Virus record (IMG/VR): IMGVR_UViG_3300008261_001827
Location: 44,894-108,893 of that record
Length of the DNA: 64,000 bases
Strand: one strand, 5' to 3'
Source of the DNA: a virus
Taxonomy: Duplodnaviria; Heunggongvirae; Uroviricota; Caudoviricetes
Shown here one piece after another: positions 9,012 to 18,535 of this stretch (position 1 is the stretch's first letter; every line of letters begins with the position of its first letter). The translations under genes were made by a program, and so were the position numbers. The notes beneath the pieces were generated by a model. That model did no database searches. It had not been told where the DNA came from and was given only the letters and a program-made list of their open reading frames with translations.

Positions 9012-10322
9012 ATGAGTCAATCTAATAGAACTTTAGTCGAAAAGTGGGGTCCTCTTCTTGAGCACTCTTCATTCTCGCCAATCAAAGACGAGCACAGAAA
9101 AGCAGTAACTGCTACTCTACTCGAAAACACAGAAAAGGCACTTCTTGAGTCCGGCGACCAGTCAATCAACATGACTTCGCTCCTTCAAGAAGCTCCAACC
9201 AACTTCGCCGGAACCGGCGGTTTTGGTTCAAGCGCAGCTACACCACAAGCTGGTTACGACCCAATCCTCATCAGCCTAGTTCGTCGTTCCATGCCAAACC
9301 TAATGGCATACGACATTGCTGGTGTTCAGCCAATGACCGGCCCAACTGGTCTTATCTTCGCAATGCGTTCTAACTACAACGCAATGTCAGGTAACACCGC
9401 AGTAGAAGCTTTCTACGGCGAAGCTGACTCCGACTTCTCCGGTACAGGCACAATGGCTGGTACAACCGGTGGCGCTGCTACCGCAAACACCGGTACTGGT
9501 ATGACCACTGCAGCTGCTGAAGCTCTTGGCGACGGAAACGGAACCAACTTCGCACAGATGGCTCTTGCTATCGAAAAAGTTACCGTATCTGCAAAGAGCC
9601 GCGCGCTAAAAGCAGAATACACCACTGAACTTGCACAAGACCTTCGTGCTGTTCATGGTCTTGACGCAGAGTCCGAACTTGCTAACATTCTTCAGTCTGA
9701 AATCCTCGCAGAAATCAACCGTGAAGTTGTTCGCACAATCTATACCTCTGCTGTAACCGGTGCTGCAAACACTGCTGCTGCTGGCGTATTCGACCTTGAC
9801 GTTGACTCAAACGGCCGTTGGTCAGTTGAGAAGTTCAAGGGACTTATGTTCCAGATCGAACTTGAAGCTAATGCAATTGCAAAAGCTACTCGTAGAGGCA
9901 AGGGTAACATCGTGGTCTGTTCTTCTGACGTAGCTTCCGCTCTTCAGATGGCAGGTGTCCTCGATTATACACCAGCTCTCAACAGCAACGCTCTTAACGT
10001 AGACGATACCGGAAACACCTTCGCCGGTGTTCTAAACGGTCGCTACAGAGTTTATGTAGATCCATACGCTGGTGCAAACTACATGGTCGTAGGTTACAAG
10101 GGTGCATCTGCTTTCGACGCAGGTATCTTCTACTGCCCATACGTTCCACTACAGATGTACCGCGCTGTTGGTGAAGACAGCTTCCAGCCAAAGATCGGCT
10201 TCAAAACCCGCTACGGCATGGTTGCTAACCCATTCGCTTTCGGCCCAACCCGTAGCGAAGGTGCTCTTACTGCAAACAGCAACGTCTACTACAGACGCGT
10301 TAGAGTATCTAACCTATTCTAA
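9012..10322 (+). CDS. gp23: Major capsid protein
   Basis: 436 aa. VRRSMPNLMAYDIAGVQPM, SAKSRALKAEYTTELAQDLRAVHGLDAESEL, YRVYVDPYA and FKTRYG match T4 gp23. The N-terminal region contains LLE/LQE protease-site motifs. Confidence 0.95.
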   Translation: MSQSNRTLVEKWGPLLEHSSFSPIKDEHRKAVTATLLENTEKALLESGDQSINMTSLLQEAPTNFAGTGGFGSSAATPQAGYDPILISLVRRSMPNLMAYDIAGVQPMTGPTGLIFAMRSNYNAMSGNTAVEAFYGEADSDFSGTGTMAGTTGGAATANTGTGMTTAAAEALGDGNGTNFAQMALAIEKVTVSAKSRALKAEYTTELAQDLRAVHGLDAESELANILQSEILAEINREVVRTIYTSAVTGAANTAAAGVFDLDVDSNGRWSVEKFKGLMFQIELEANAIAKATRRGKGNIVVCSSDVASALQMAGVLDYTPALNSNALNVDDTGNTFAGVLNGRYRVYVDPYAGANYMVVGYKGASAFDAGIFYCPYVPLQMYRAVGEDSFQPKIGFKTRYGMVANPFAFGPTRSEGALTANSNVYYRRVRVSNLF

Positions 10323-10331
10323 TATAAAAGA

Positions 10332-10390
10332 GGCCGGAAACAACCGGCCCCTTCTAAAGCTTGGGTGGATCTTCGGATCCACCCTTTTTA
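10332..10390. terminator. Tandem-hairpin bidirectional terminator between convergent gp23 and methyltransferase genes
   Basis: Hairpin ggccgg-aaacaa-ccggcc at 10332-10349. Hairpin gggtggatc-ttcg-gatccaccc plus TTTTT at 10363-10389. Confidence 0.7.
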
Positions 10391-11023
10391 TTTAATAGAA
10401 GTACGCTTAAAGATGATCGCGCCGTCGATCCAACGCTGCTCTTCAAAGCCAATAGCTTTTAGAGCATCAGGAACTAGAGAAACATCTCCCCAGTTAATAT
10501 CGTCAGCGATACAGTAACCACCGAGTTTAACTTGGCGCGCGTACTTTTCTACGTCACGAATTGCTTGTACCGTATGTTGACCATCGATGTACAGGAAGTC
10601 GATATCATAGATCACAGGCGCATCATCGCTAGCCTTTCGAATGATCTCTACATATTCAGAACAACCGTTTTCTTCGATCAAAGTAGTAAAGACTTCATAG
10701 ATCCAAGGCATGTTAACCTTAGTCCAGAACTCGTAATGCTCGCCATCATATCCCTTTGTAGCTTCTCCGTTATCCCAGGGATCGATCGCGTAGACCTTTC
10801 CAGAGTTCATTCGCTTAAGCTCTAGAGCTACTGGAATGACACTCTTTCCGCCATAGACGCCGATCTCTACGCAAATTGGATCATTAACTCGTGTAAAGAT
10901 ATCATCAATGCAGTCGATAATACATCCTGCTTTATCTAGCGAACACCATCCCCATACTCCGTATCGGCTATCGAAGTCGGGATAGATCTTTTCAATAGCT
11001 CGTTTGCTTTGTTCCTTGCTCAT
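10388..11023 (-). CDS. Class I SAM-dependent methyltransferase (TylF/Methyltransf_24-like)
   Basis: VEIGVYGGKS glycine-rich motif I. FLYIDGQHT motif. Confidence 0.65.
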   Translation of the reverse strand: MSKEQSKRAIEKIYPDFDSRYGVWGWCSLDKAGCIIDCIDDIFTRVNDPICVEIGVYGGKSVIPVALELKRMNSGKVYAIDPWDNGEATKGYDGEHYEFWTKVNMPWIYEVFTTLIEENGCSEYVEIIRKASDDAPVIYDIDFLYIDGQHTVQAIRDVEKYARQVKLGGYCIADDINWGDVSLVPDALKAIGFEEQRWIDGAIIFKRTSIK

Positions 11024-11268
11024 TAAGCCATGCCCAACGCGGACTTGTACATCTCAAGAACAGCTTCTTCTTCGGCGATTGCATCGGCCTTGCGCTTACG
11101 AATAGCAATAATCTTCTTCATTACCTTGGTGTCGTATCCACGACCCTTAGCTTCTGCCATGACTTCTTTCTGAGAACTAGTCACGTCTTTCTTTTCTTCT
11201 TCGAGGCGTTCGTAGCGCTCGATGAACTGACGAAGTTCTTCTGCGGTTACGTTATATGCGTCATTCAT
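11023..11268 (-). CDS. DUF2312 / GapR-like nucleoid-associated DNA-binding protein
   Basis: 81 aa. LRQFIERYERLEEEKKD...AEAKGRGYDTKV...IRKRK matches the GapR/UPF0335 pattern found in alphaproteobacteria. Confidence 0.7.
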   Translation of the reverse strand: MNDAYNVTAEELRQFIERYERLEEEKKDVTSSQKEVMAEAKGRGYDTKVMKKIIAIRKRKADAIAEEEAVLEMYKSALGMA

Positions 11269-11360
11269 AGTATATTCTCCTGTGTTATGTTAAAGTAAGT
11301 ATAGGCTCATACCAAGCGGTACACCTACAATCAAAATCATTACGATAAAAAGTGAAAGTC

Positions 11361-11516
11361 CTAGACCTTTAAACATTTTCGCAGCTCAGCTCCTTCAAAA
11401 TTGCTCATCTTCAAATATTTTTCCAAGACTGCGTTGCTAGGATCGAGTCGCAAGATTTCTTTTGCGAACTGCTCGATCATATCATAGTCCAACTGGGTTT
11501 TGATGTGTTTTCCCAT
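11361..11516 (-). CDS. Hypothetical small protein
   Basis: Internal ATG with SD GGTGG. The upstream extension in the ORF track overlaps the neighbouring gene. Confidence 0.4.
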   Translation of the reverse strand: MGKHIKTQLDYDMIEQFAKEILRLDPSNAVLEKYLKMSNFEGAELRKCLKV

Positions 11517-11556
11517 TACAGATCCACCTATTATATATTGTGTAAAGAGAGGCAGC

Positions 11557-12513
11557 TTACGCTGCCTCTGCCATCTCAACTGCGAGATTGAGAGCATCAA
11601 CCTTTCGCTTTGCGTTAACGCCGAACCAAGCCGACGAAAGGCGAGTGTCGTTGGAACGACCGAGTTCGTGGTCAGTCATGTAGGTAACTGCGTTGAACAT
11701 CTGCCAGAACGAACCCTTTTTGAACTCTGCACCGGGCTGGCTTTCGACAACTTCGAGAGCGCGTTCGGCGGTCGGCGACAGAAGTTTGCCTTCTTTGGTG
11801 GACTCACCGAAGATCTGACCGAAGTACTTCTCGAGGTCTTTCTGACCGTACTGCTTCGAACCAAGAAGTTCTGCAGCCGATTTAAAGGTTTCAACCTTAC
11901 GGTGAGACAGACCGAGCAGTTCTTTAACGCGGTTGGCGTCGAAGACGGAACGGTGGTTCACGCGAACAGCAGCCTGGCCGCTTTCAGCAAGCGCGACAGT
12001 AAGAGTGTTGTTGCAGACGACGCGCTCAAGAACGAAGCGAACGTCGATCGACTTGCCGTACTGATGAGGGTTGGAGAAGAGGAGGTAACCTTTAACCTCA
12101 TCACCACCGAACAGAGTGAAACCGTCGCGAACGTCTGCGAGAGCCCAGATGATACGACCGTCGCGAAGCGAACCAGCAGTATCCATTACCATATCGCCTT
12201 TGGAGACGAAGTCAGCAAAGAACTCAAAAGCTTCGGAGTTCTGCACAGGGTTCCAACCAGGACCGACTTGAGTCAAGATCTTGCCATCGGTTTCGCGGAT
12301 CAGCGACTGCTGCCCGGTCGGAATGCGATTGCCGTTGAACTCGATAAAGGAGTCAACCTTCTGAACGTTCCAGTTGAGACCGGCAGCATTCATCATTTCG
12401 GAGGGAGTCATATCGTCGCCAACCGGAGTACCGAGGCCATGCCACGGTTTACCTTTCGACGAGCGGTAAGCCATCTGAGCAACGCCGTCGATCATTTCAA
12501 TCATATGAGCCAT
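11557..12513 (-). CDS. DUF932 / phage-plasmid TIGR03299-like protein
   Basis: 318 aa. N-terminal MAH..E..GKPWHGLG pattern typical of DUF932. Confidence 0.6.
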   Translation of the reverse strand: MAHMIEMIDGVAQMAYRSSKGKPWHGLGTPVGDDMTPSEMMNAAGLNWNVQKVDSFIEFNGNRIPTGQQSLIRETDGKILTQVGPGWNPVQNSEAFEFFADFVSKGDMVMDTAGSLRDGRIIWALADVRDGFTLFGGDEVKGYLLFSNPHQYGKSIDVRFVLERVVCNNTLTVALAESGQAAVRVNHRSVFDANRVKELLGLSHRKVETFKSAAELLGSKQYGQKDLEKYFGQIFGESTKEGKLLSPTAERALEVVESQPGAEFKKGSFWQMFNAVTYMTDHELGRSNDTRLSSAWFGVNAKRKVDALNLAVEMAEAA

Positions 12514-12550
12514 TCTGTAGACCTTTTCAGTTTTCGTTTCCTATATTGTT

Positions 12551-12580
12551 AGAATACACTGATTCTAAACGAATGTCAAC
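12551..12580 (-). promoter_or_regulatory. Conserved early promoter (rc: GTTGACATTCGTTTAGAATCAGTGTATTCT)
   Basis: TTGACA, 17-nt spacer, TATTCT. 38 nt upstream of the 12513 start. Member of a 12-copy family. Confidence 0.7.
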
Positions 12581-12587
12581 CATTATC

Positions 12588-12887
12588 TTAGTGAATAAGT
12601 GTAGAAGTCATTGGGAGCGCGTCCATCATCTTATGTGTATACCGATGGTATCCATTCTTAATGAGATAGATAGCGTCTATATATTCGCCCTTCGTCTCTA
12701 CTGGAACTATATTCCAATCACCGCGATCTCTTCCTAAGTATTCGTCTATGTAGTCGTTTGCTTCCTCTTTCGTATCAAAAGCAATCGCTTTCGAAAGACC
12801 AAGAACATCATTCTTGGCAAAGATGCCAAACTTCTGAAAGGCACCAAGAAAGAAGCCAAGTTCTTCTTCAGCGATTGCGTACTTCAT
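12588..12887 (-). CDS. Hypothetical protein
   Basis: 99-aa ORF in a tight minus-strand array. Confidence 0.5.
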   Translation of the reverse strand: MKYAIAEEELGFFLGAFQKFGIFAKNDVLGLSKAIAFDTKEEANDYIDEYLGRDRGDWNIVPVETKGEYIDAIYLIKNGYHRYTHKMMDALPMTSTLIH

Positions 12888-13407
12888 GATCTTCGCTTTC
12901 TTCTATGAAGAGATTAAAGTGAACTTCTGCAATACTGCTAACTATCTCGTGAATACGATTCGCAGTCTTAGTAGGATACCCATTTACACGAATGATCGGT
13001 GCTGCTCGCTTCCACTGTTCCTTATCAAACATGTGACAGCCCATAGTGATATGTTCGTCGGTAATAATCACCTTATGATCGAAGCCTAGAACGACCTTTG
13101 GAGGAACCGAAACCTTCGCCTTTTCAAAGATGACGATTCCATACCTTACTTCAGCCTTTCCATATACTTCAACGTCATCCTCAAGAGTAACGCCATCAGA
13201 TATGTACGCATTTCCGTAAACTCTTACGCGATTGAGTATCTTAGAACCATTCATAACCATAGCATTTCCGCCAACTTCTGCTTGAGGATCTACTATACTA
13301 TCGTCTGACACCGTCGCGGTATTCGCAACTATGCCTCCGCCGTTCTTATGATGATGAGATGGAACAGGGCCGTTTCCATCTCTAAAGTCGTGTAAAAATG
13401 TTTCCAT
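12868..13407 (-). CDS. Hexapeptide-repeat / beta-helix protein
   Basis: Repetitive V/I-G-x-x-A hexapeptide-like pattern (VYGNAYISDGVTLEDDVEVYGKAEVRYG). Confidence 0.5.
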   Translation of the reverse strand: METFLHDFRDGNGPVPSHHHKNGGGIVANTATVSDDSIVDPQAEVGGNAMVMNGSKILNRVRVYGNAYISDGVTLEDDVEVYGKAEVRYGIVIFEKAKVSVPPKVVLGFDHKVIITDEHITMGCHMFDKEQWKRAAPIIRVNGYPTKTANRIHEIVSSIAEVHFNLFIEESEDHEVRNR

Positions 13408-13964
13408 TAAGTAGTTACCTCAAACCATTCTGGGATATCGCGTTTTGTCCACACCATCTTAAAACGATGTTGCTTTGTCTGATAAAACTTACGATAAGAT
13501 CCCACTACGTCGTTTGGATCCATACACTCTGGGTTAGCCTTCATAGCGAGTGGCTGCTGTGTTAGATAACCGATAGGAATGTTTTTTGGAAGACTGTAGA
13601 GCGCTTCTCTTAGGAGTTTATCGGTGCCGTGAACTTTACCATAACGATATTTATACTCGTCACAGAGAGCAGCGAAGTGTACCCAATGCCACGTATAGTT
13701 GTTGTTTGACTTCGTAGTCCATACGGTACAAGGATGGTTCATATGCACCGCTTTGTAGAAGATGTTTTCGCGCTCGTCTGGCATTGTCCAGTATTTAACG
13801 GTGGTCTTACCTGACTTTGAGGCTCTCCTCTCTAGAGTGCCATCGAGCATTCTATGGGCAGTGGAAAGCATCTGAGCAGATTCCACAATCATTTTAACCA
13901 CATGCTTATCGCATTGCAGTTGCGCAGCTTTTACTGGGTCTTTATTAAGAACGAATAGATTCAT
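13407..13964 (-). CDS. Hypothetical conserved phage protein (start at internal ATG MNLFVLNKDP)
   Basis: ATGA coupling with the upstream small ORF favours the internal start. Confidence 0.5.
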   Translation of the reverse strand: MNLFVLNKDPVKAAQLQCDKHVVKMIVESAQMLSTAHRMLDGTLERRASKSGKTTVKYWTMPDERENIFYKAVHMNHPCTVWTTKSNNNYTWHWVHFAALCDEYKYRYGKVHGTDKLLREALYSLPKNIPIGYLTQQPLAMKANPECMDPNDVVGSYRKFYQTKQHRFKMVWTKRDIPEWFEVTT

Positions 13965-14161
13965 TTGCGATATGTTTGTCCTACACCTAGAATACCTAAT
14001 TCTACAGATATAATATGGTTGCACTTATATGTCAACCTTTTCTTGCACGTGCATGAAAAACCTGCGTCGTGCATTTCTACTTGACAGCCGCGAAACTGCC
14101 AAGTAGATCCAACGAACTGATGATCAACCGTGTTGATAGATTTAGACTGAATATAGTTCAT
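13961..14161 (-). CDS. Small Cys-rich hypothetical protein
   Basis: 66-aa ORF. Its stop overlaps the downstream ATG (ATGA). Confidence 0.35.
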   Translation of the reverse strand: MNYIQSKSINTVDHQFVGSTWQFRGCQVEMHDAGFSCTCKKRLTYKCNHIISVELGILGVGQTYRK

Positions 14162-14164
14162 GTC

Positions 14165-14359
14165 TTACTCGAACTCGCAGACGAGTTCCTCGTAATAGTA
14201 GCAGTCATCTACATATTCAGGATCGTACTGCTTTTCGTGAGCTTGCTGAGTATGATACTGATGACGAGCAAAATCGGCTTCTGCTTCGAGATGAGCTTGA
14301 AGCTCGCTGTCAACAGTAGCACAAGCTGAAAGAGCTACAAGGATAACGAGATATTTCAT
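14165..14359 (-). CDS. Small lipoprotein
   Basis: Signal peptide plus lipobox LSAC. Acidic mature part. Confidence 0.5.
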   Translation of the reverse strand: MKYLVILVALSACATVDSELQAHLEAEADFARHQYHTQQAHEKQYDPEYVDDCYYYEELVCEFE

Positions 14360-14589
14360 AGAGGCTGTCCTTCTCCAATGCCATCTTCAATTTCTTTCGC
14401 CCAAGCAAGAATGCGAGCATCAGACTCTTTCTGCTTGAGTTCTTCTTCAATGCTCCAAGAGCGAACTACTGCCCACTCTCCAGAGTCAGTCAGATCGCTA
14501 TGAATCTTGCGAGACACTTTTTCAGAGACCGGCCCATAGCGAAAGAACTGGGCGTCTTCACCAAATGTTCGAGCTTCAACCATCCACAT
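14356..14589 (-). CDS. Hypothetical protein
   Basis: 77-aa ORF with overlapping stop/start. Confidence 0.5.
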   Translation of the reverse strand: MWMVEARTFGEDAQFFRYGPVSEKVSRKIHSDLTDSGEWAVVRSWSIEEELKQKESDARILAWAKEIEDGIGEGQPL

Positions 14590-14591
14590 TT

Positions 14592-14822
14592 TTAGATCTC
14601 CCAGATCGTGGCAGACATATGTTCTTGGTCAATGTCGCCAAGAACTTGAGAGACGAGTTCCTCGAGGGAATCTTTACTATCGGAAGAGAATTGATAGAGA
14701 GGATTTCCGCCGGCAGGGCCATTCTTGGTAATCAGTTTAGCAGTGCAACCATGTGATGATGCGAATTCACGTACTGATTTCTGAGAAGCTTCAGCGGAGA
14801 TGTCAAGTTCAGCGACGTACAT
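14592..14822 (-). CDS. Hypothetical protein
   Basis: 76-aa ORF directly downstream of a family promoter. Confidence 0.5.
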   Translation of the reverse strand: MYVAELDISAEASQKSVREFASSHGCTAKLITKNGPAGGNPLYQFSSDSKDSLEELVSQVLGDIDQEHMSATIWEI

Positions 14823-14850
14823 AGTGGATCCTTTCGTTGATATAAACAGT

Positions 14851-14877
14851 TTATACTGATTCTAAACGAATGTCAAC
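14851..14877 (-). promoter_or_regulatory. Conserved early promoter
   Basis: rc GTTGACATTCGTTTAGAATCAGTATAAAC. About 30 nt upstream of the 14822 start. Confidence 0.65.
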
Positions 14878-14883
14878 TAAAGA

Positions 14884-15243
14884 TTAAGCTGCGAAGCGCA
14901 TTTTTGCCATTTGCTCGGTGCACTTGTAACGCTTGCCGTCAGCGACGTTGAGGTAGATGAACGGCATCTTCGGAGCGCGAGTGTTGTAGTCAACAAGCTC
15001 GTCGCCATACTTGTTTTTCATCTTCAAGCCGAGAGCAGCAACACGGCTCTCAAGGATCACGTTCGTGAAAGTCTTAGCACCCTTAACTTTCGCTTTGACT
15101 TTGATCTCAACTTCAGCTTCTGAAAACTTCATGTCTCCGACTGTAATATCAAGGTTGGAGTCAACGCCGTACTTTGCGAGGAGAGCCTCCATTTCAGTGC
15201 GGAGGGCTTTCAGATTGCTGCGGTCAAACTTGGAGAATTTCAT
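14884..15243 (-). CDS. Hypothetical protein
   Basis: 119-aa ORF downstream of a family promoter. Confidence 0.5.
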   Translation of the reverse strand: MKFSKFDRSNLKALRTEMEALLAKYGVDSNLDITVGDMKFSEAEVEIKVKAKVKGAKTFTNVILESRVAALGLKMKNKYGDELVDYNTRAPKMPFIYLNVADGKRYKCTEQMAKMRFAA

Positions 15244-15273
15244 GGACGGTTCCTTTCGTTCCTTACATTATTA

Positions 15274-15303
15274 GAATACACTGATTCTAAACGAATGTCA
15301 ACC
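15274..15303 (-). promoter_or_regulatory. Conserved early promoter
   Basis: Identical to the 12551 copy. 31 nt upstream of the 15243 start. Confidence 0.7.
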
Positions 15304-15969
15304 GTTTTCGTGAATTTGTTTGTACTTTTTTCGAACTGAAAGGAAATGTGTTAGGTAGTCATACGTGTTAATCTTAAACACCTGAGGTTCGTCTCCGTCG
15401 ACCATGATGACGATGACGCCTTGCTTGATAGGAATACCAGTTCTCTCAAAGAATGCAGCAGCATAGAACGAAGCCTGAATGAAGTAGTTGGTGATCCACT
15501 CAGCGTTTTTTGGTTTTCTCGATGTCTTAAAGTCTATGATCGAGAGTTCGCCATCAAACTCGGCAATGCAGTCAACCTGCCCAGCACATTTTAGATGATC
15601 GCTATACAGAAAGGACTCTTGGAACCATACGTTGTTGACTCTCTCGTCCAGTATCTTTTTGATCTGAGCAAACGAGAAGAGGTTCGAAGGCATATGACCC
15701 TTCTGCCAATCCGGTTCGTTATTTAGATAGTCTTCGGCTAACTTGTGTACTGCAGTACCACGAGTCGCCGCTTGAACCGATATGCGATTTGCTTCTTCTT
15801 CGCCAACTCTTTTACGCCATTCGAGAAGACCGCCTTTGTCCATGACGGATAGAACTGTCGTGATGGATGGATAAGCATTGCCTTCAGGAGTATAGTACTT
15901 CCTTCCGGTCTCTGTAGTCTTTCTAGTAATAACTGGAAGAACCACGCCGTGGTCCACATGATGAAACAT
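15298..15969 (-). CDS. PD-(D/E)XK-family nuclease-like protein
   Basis: 223 aa. D...E.K-like core (IIDFKTSRK), Cas4/YqaJ-like arrangement. Confidence 0.5.
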   Translation of the reverse strand: MFHHVDHGVVLPVITRKTTETGRKYYTPEGNAYPSITTVLSVMDKGGLLEWRKRVGEEEANRISVQAATRGTAVHKLAEDYLNNEPDWQKGHMPSNLFSFAQIKKILDERVNNVWFQESFLYSDHLKCAGQVDCIAEFDGELSIIDFKTSRKPKNAEWITNYFIQASFYAAAFFERTGIPIKQGVIVIMVDGDEPQVFKINTYDYLTHFLSVRKKYKQIHENG

Positions 15970-15975
15970 AATATA

Positions 15976-16284
15976 TTATCCGCCTATCATAACCTTCGAT
16001 GAACCTGTAATAATACCGGCGCCGTCAGCTGGGTCACCGATCCTGCAGACTGCAAATCCGCCAATAAAAACTTTGGATGTTGTGGCTGACACTGTAACGC
16101 TGTGAGGAACGCACGCGTTTCCAGCTTTAACTGTGTGAACTTGTACAGTATCACCGTCCACGGCAACTAACTTACCGCCTATAGTAACTTTACTCTGCTT
16201 TGTTCCTTGTATAGGAGCAGTCCCAGTACACGGGTGTCCTGTTGCTATCTTATCAATTAATTCTGCTACTGCGCATGCTGGCAT
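15976..16284 (-). CDS. PAAR-repeat protein (spike-tip like)
   Basis: 102 aa, Gly/Cys/His-rich, with PAAR-like repeats (HPCTGTAP, DPADGAG). Confidence 0.55.
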   Translation of the reverse strand: MPACAVAELIDKIATGHPCTGTAPIQGTKQSKVTIGGKLVAVDGDTVQVHTVKAGNACVPHSVTVSATTSKVFIGGFAVCRIGDPADGAGIITGSSKVMIGG

Positions 16285-16286
16285 GT

Positions 16287-16826
16287 TTAACTGCTACTGT
16301 TTGATACTTGTTGCTGTAATTTTATCCACCCTGGCTCAAAATCCCAATAGAGATCTTGAGCAAGAGTGTATGTTTGTGTTTGACCTATTAAACCGGACAG
16401 AGGAATGTTATAAGTAATCGTGAATACGTATGTTGCTGTAATCTGTTCTTGCGTAGGAGTATCCCAGCCTACAACGCTCAGACCGCTTGGTAAGTTATTT
16501 AGATCTTCGTATGTGAAAGCTTCTTGTGTTTCAAACCGAATGAACCTATACTGCTCTCCAGTAAAGACTAATTCATTAGGTTTTTTTGAAAGTGTTACTG
16601 CCGATGACAAATACGAAGAGTTTACATATGACGGTGCAGAAGTAGAAACGTTCGTGATCGTTATAGGATTTCCAGTAATATTTTCCGCACCCGTGAAATT
16701 GAGTCTAAACGACCAATTTATATTTCCATATATAGGTTCCAAAGTTGTTAGTGGGTTTGGTGTTCCCAAACCCACTTCTTCAAAATTTACTTTATTTGAA
16801 ACAGTATATGAAAATGTAACTGCCAT
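16287..16826 (-). CDS. Hypothetical protein (possible structural protein)
   Basis: 179-aa Thr/Ser/Asn-rich ORF. Confidence 0.5.
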   Translation of the reverse strand: MAVTFSYTVSNKVNFEEVGLGTPNPLTTLEPIYGNINWSFRLNFTGAENITGNPITITNVSTSAPSYVNSSYLSSAVTLSKKPNELVFTGEQYRFIRFETQEAFTYEDLNNLPSGLSVVGWDTPTQEQITATYVFTITYNIPLSGLIGQTQTYTLAQDLYWDFEPGWIKLQQQVSNSSS

Positions 16827-17575
16827 TACACCAGTTCTAACTCTTGTTCTTTTGCTATTATATATTCTTTGACGAGACCGGAACGAACGATGTCCTGTAT
16901 GCCAAACTCAACTACGTTGAAAGAACGAATTTTTTCCAACACCTTGACGAAGTCTCTGAGACCAGAGATATCGTTACGATTCTTCGAACCCTTAAGATCG
17001 TCCTGCTTCATATCGCCACAGAATATGATCTTTGAAGACTCTCCGACACGCGTAATAATAGAGTCAAGCTCGTGGTACGTCATGCTTTGGCATTCGTCAA
17101 CAATAATCACTGCGTTATCAAACGTAAGACCACGAACGAAAGAAGAGCTCATGAACTCGATAGAGCCTCTCTGTTTAAGGATCTGATACGCATCTTTACG
17201 CTCAAATAGATCGTTCACAATGTCTATATATGGCGCTTCGTAGTAAGCAATCTTTTCTTTTAGGCTACCTGGCATAAATCCCTGATCGCGTGTCTGGACA
17301 GCAGATCGAATTACTATAACTCTTTCGTACTGCTCTAGTTGGATCACATCAGTAAGAGCTAGATACAACGCACACATGGTCTTACCTGTGCCTGCTGTTC
17401 CAATAGCTGCAATATTATAACCTTGACGATAACTCTCAAAGAGGTTCTCTTGTGTCTTAGTTATAGGTTTAACTGATTTCATAGAGAACTTTTGGCTAAG
17501 AATATTAGTCACGTAGTCGAAATCTCTTTCAACTCTTCTCTTCTCTTTACGCGATAGGCGACGCTGTACTGTCAT
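16826..17575 (-). CDS. phoH: PhoH-like ATPase
   Basis: Walker A GTAGTGKT. PhoH-family layout. Internal ATG with strong SD AAAGGAGG chosen as start. Confidence 0.85.
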   Translation of the reverse strand: MTVQRRLSRKEKRRVERDFDYVTNILSQKFSMKSVKPITKTQENLFESYRQGYNIAAIGTAGTGKTMCALYLALTDVIQLEQYERVIVIRSAVQTRDQGFMPGSLKEKIAYYEAPYIDIVNDLFERKDAYQILKQRGSIEFMSSSFVRGLTFDNAVIIVDECQSMTYHELDSIITRVGESSKIIFCGDMKQDDLKGSKNRNDISGLRDFVKVLEKIRSFNVVEFGIQDIVRSGLVKEYIIAKEQELELV

Positions 17576-17621
17576 GAAGCCTCCTTTAAAACGACTCTTT
17601 AGGAGATGACTAGCTTTTCTC

Positions 17622-17855
17622 CTAGAAGTCATTAATTGTGTTATGTTTATGAACTTTTGCTTTTTTCAACACATCGCGAAAATTATCATCTGGCTTGCGT
17701 ATGCCGATGCGAACCGAGTCAACTGTTCCCGGGAATCTAGTAAATATTTGTTTGATATGAGAGTTGGTTTTTAGATACTCTTCCAGCTCAGAGTATCGCA
17801 TGGTAGCTTCAAATTCTTCGTGCGTATCAGTGTCTCTAAAACTGTATACCGGCAT
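17622..17855 (-). CDS. Hypothetical protein
   Basis: 77-aa ORF. Confidence 0.45.
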   Translation of the reverse strand: MPVYSFRDTDTHEEFEATMRYSELEEYLKTNSHIKQIFTRFPGTVDSVRIGIRKPDDNFRDVLKKAKVHKHNTINDF

Positions 17856-17940
17856 CTATGCTCCTGTGAATAACAAAATTGGCGGCCTTTCGTGCAGACC
17901 GCCAAGTCATAATATGATCTGCTTACTGTTATTTATTAGA

Positions 17941-18531
17941 TCAAAGTGCTTGATCTACGACGATATCGTATATTTCTTTCCACTTATTTACTCGAATAAA
18001 ATCGCCTTCGTACTTAAGATTGTAGTCATGGTTAATCACGATCGGCTTAAGACCAAGTTCAGCTCCCATGATTGCGTTCGATACTTTGTCCTCGATCCAG
18101 AAAAGACCAGAGTCTTTGTACTCACGAAGGATCGGTTCTTTATCCTTGCTGGATGCTGTGCATACTAGACGTTCTACTACACTATCGCCGAAGACTCTGT
18201 TTAGGTTCTCTTGGCGAAGTTTATGAACGAGCGGATGAGTGCCAACTGCGGTAATGCAGTGGAATACAAAGCCGTGTTCTTCGTGGAGTTTACGAACATA
18301 CTTAATGGCGTCTCGTAGAGGAGGAAGCTGACCCATATGAATACTCTCGTTAAAGAAATCCACCATCTCGTCAGATCTTTCTTTGGAGATACCGTATAGA
18401 TCTTCTATCTCATAGATGTCAGAGTCGTCTTTATTCTTTCGTTCATATCCATGGCGAGACATCCAATTCATAAACGCGCTCTTCCACAAAAGCATGCAGC
18501 CGTCAACGTCTGCGAGGATCACTTTTTCCAT
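17941..18531 (-). CDS. HAD-superfamily hydrolase (5'-nucleotidase NT5C-like)
   Basis: ILADVDGCM DxDG motif I at the chosen start (MEKVIL). Start follows the stop of an upstream small ORF by 4 nt. Confidence 0.5.
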   Translation of the reverse strand: MEKVILADVDGCMLLWKSAFMNWMSRHGYERKNKDDSDIYEIEDLYGISKERSDEMVDFFNESIHMGQLPPLRDAIKYVRKLHEEHGFVFHCITAVGTHPLVHKLRQENLNRVFGDSVVERLVCTASSKDKEPILREYKDSGLFWIEDKVSNAIMGAELGLKPIVINHDYNLKYEGDFIRVNKWKEIYDIVVDQAL

Positions 18532-18535
18532 ATTA

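Noticed and set aside
9413-9625. 70-aa Ala/Pro/Val-rich minus-strand ORF inside gp23
   Set aside because: Shadow of the Ala/Gly/Thr-rich segment of gp23.
11500-12552. 350-aa plus-strand ORF
   Set aside because: It lies entirely antisense to the well-supported DUF932 gene (11557-12513), which has a promoter copy directly upstream. The sequence shows low-complexity, shadow-frame composition and has no SD.
16826-17632. Long 268-aa form of PhoH starting MTSRRKAS
   Set aside because: The N-terminal 19 codons overlap the upstream gene end and have no SD. The internal ATG at 17575 has a perfect AAAGGAGG SD and yields a normal-length PhoH.
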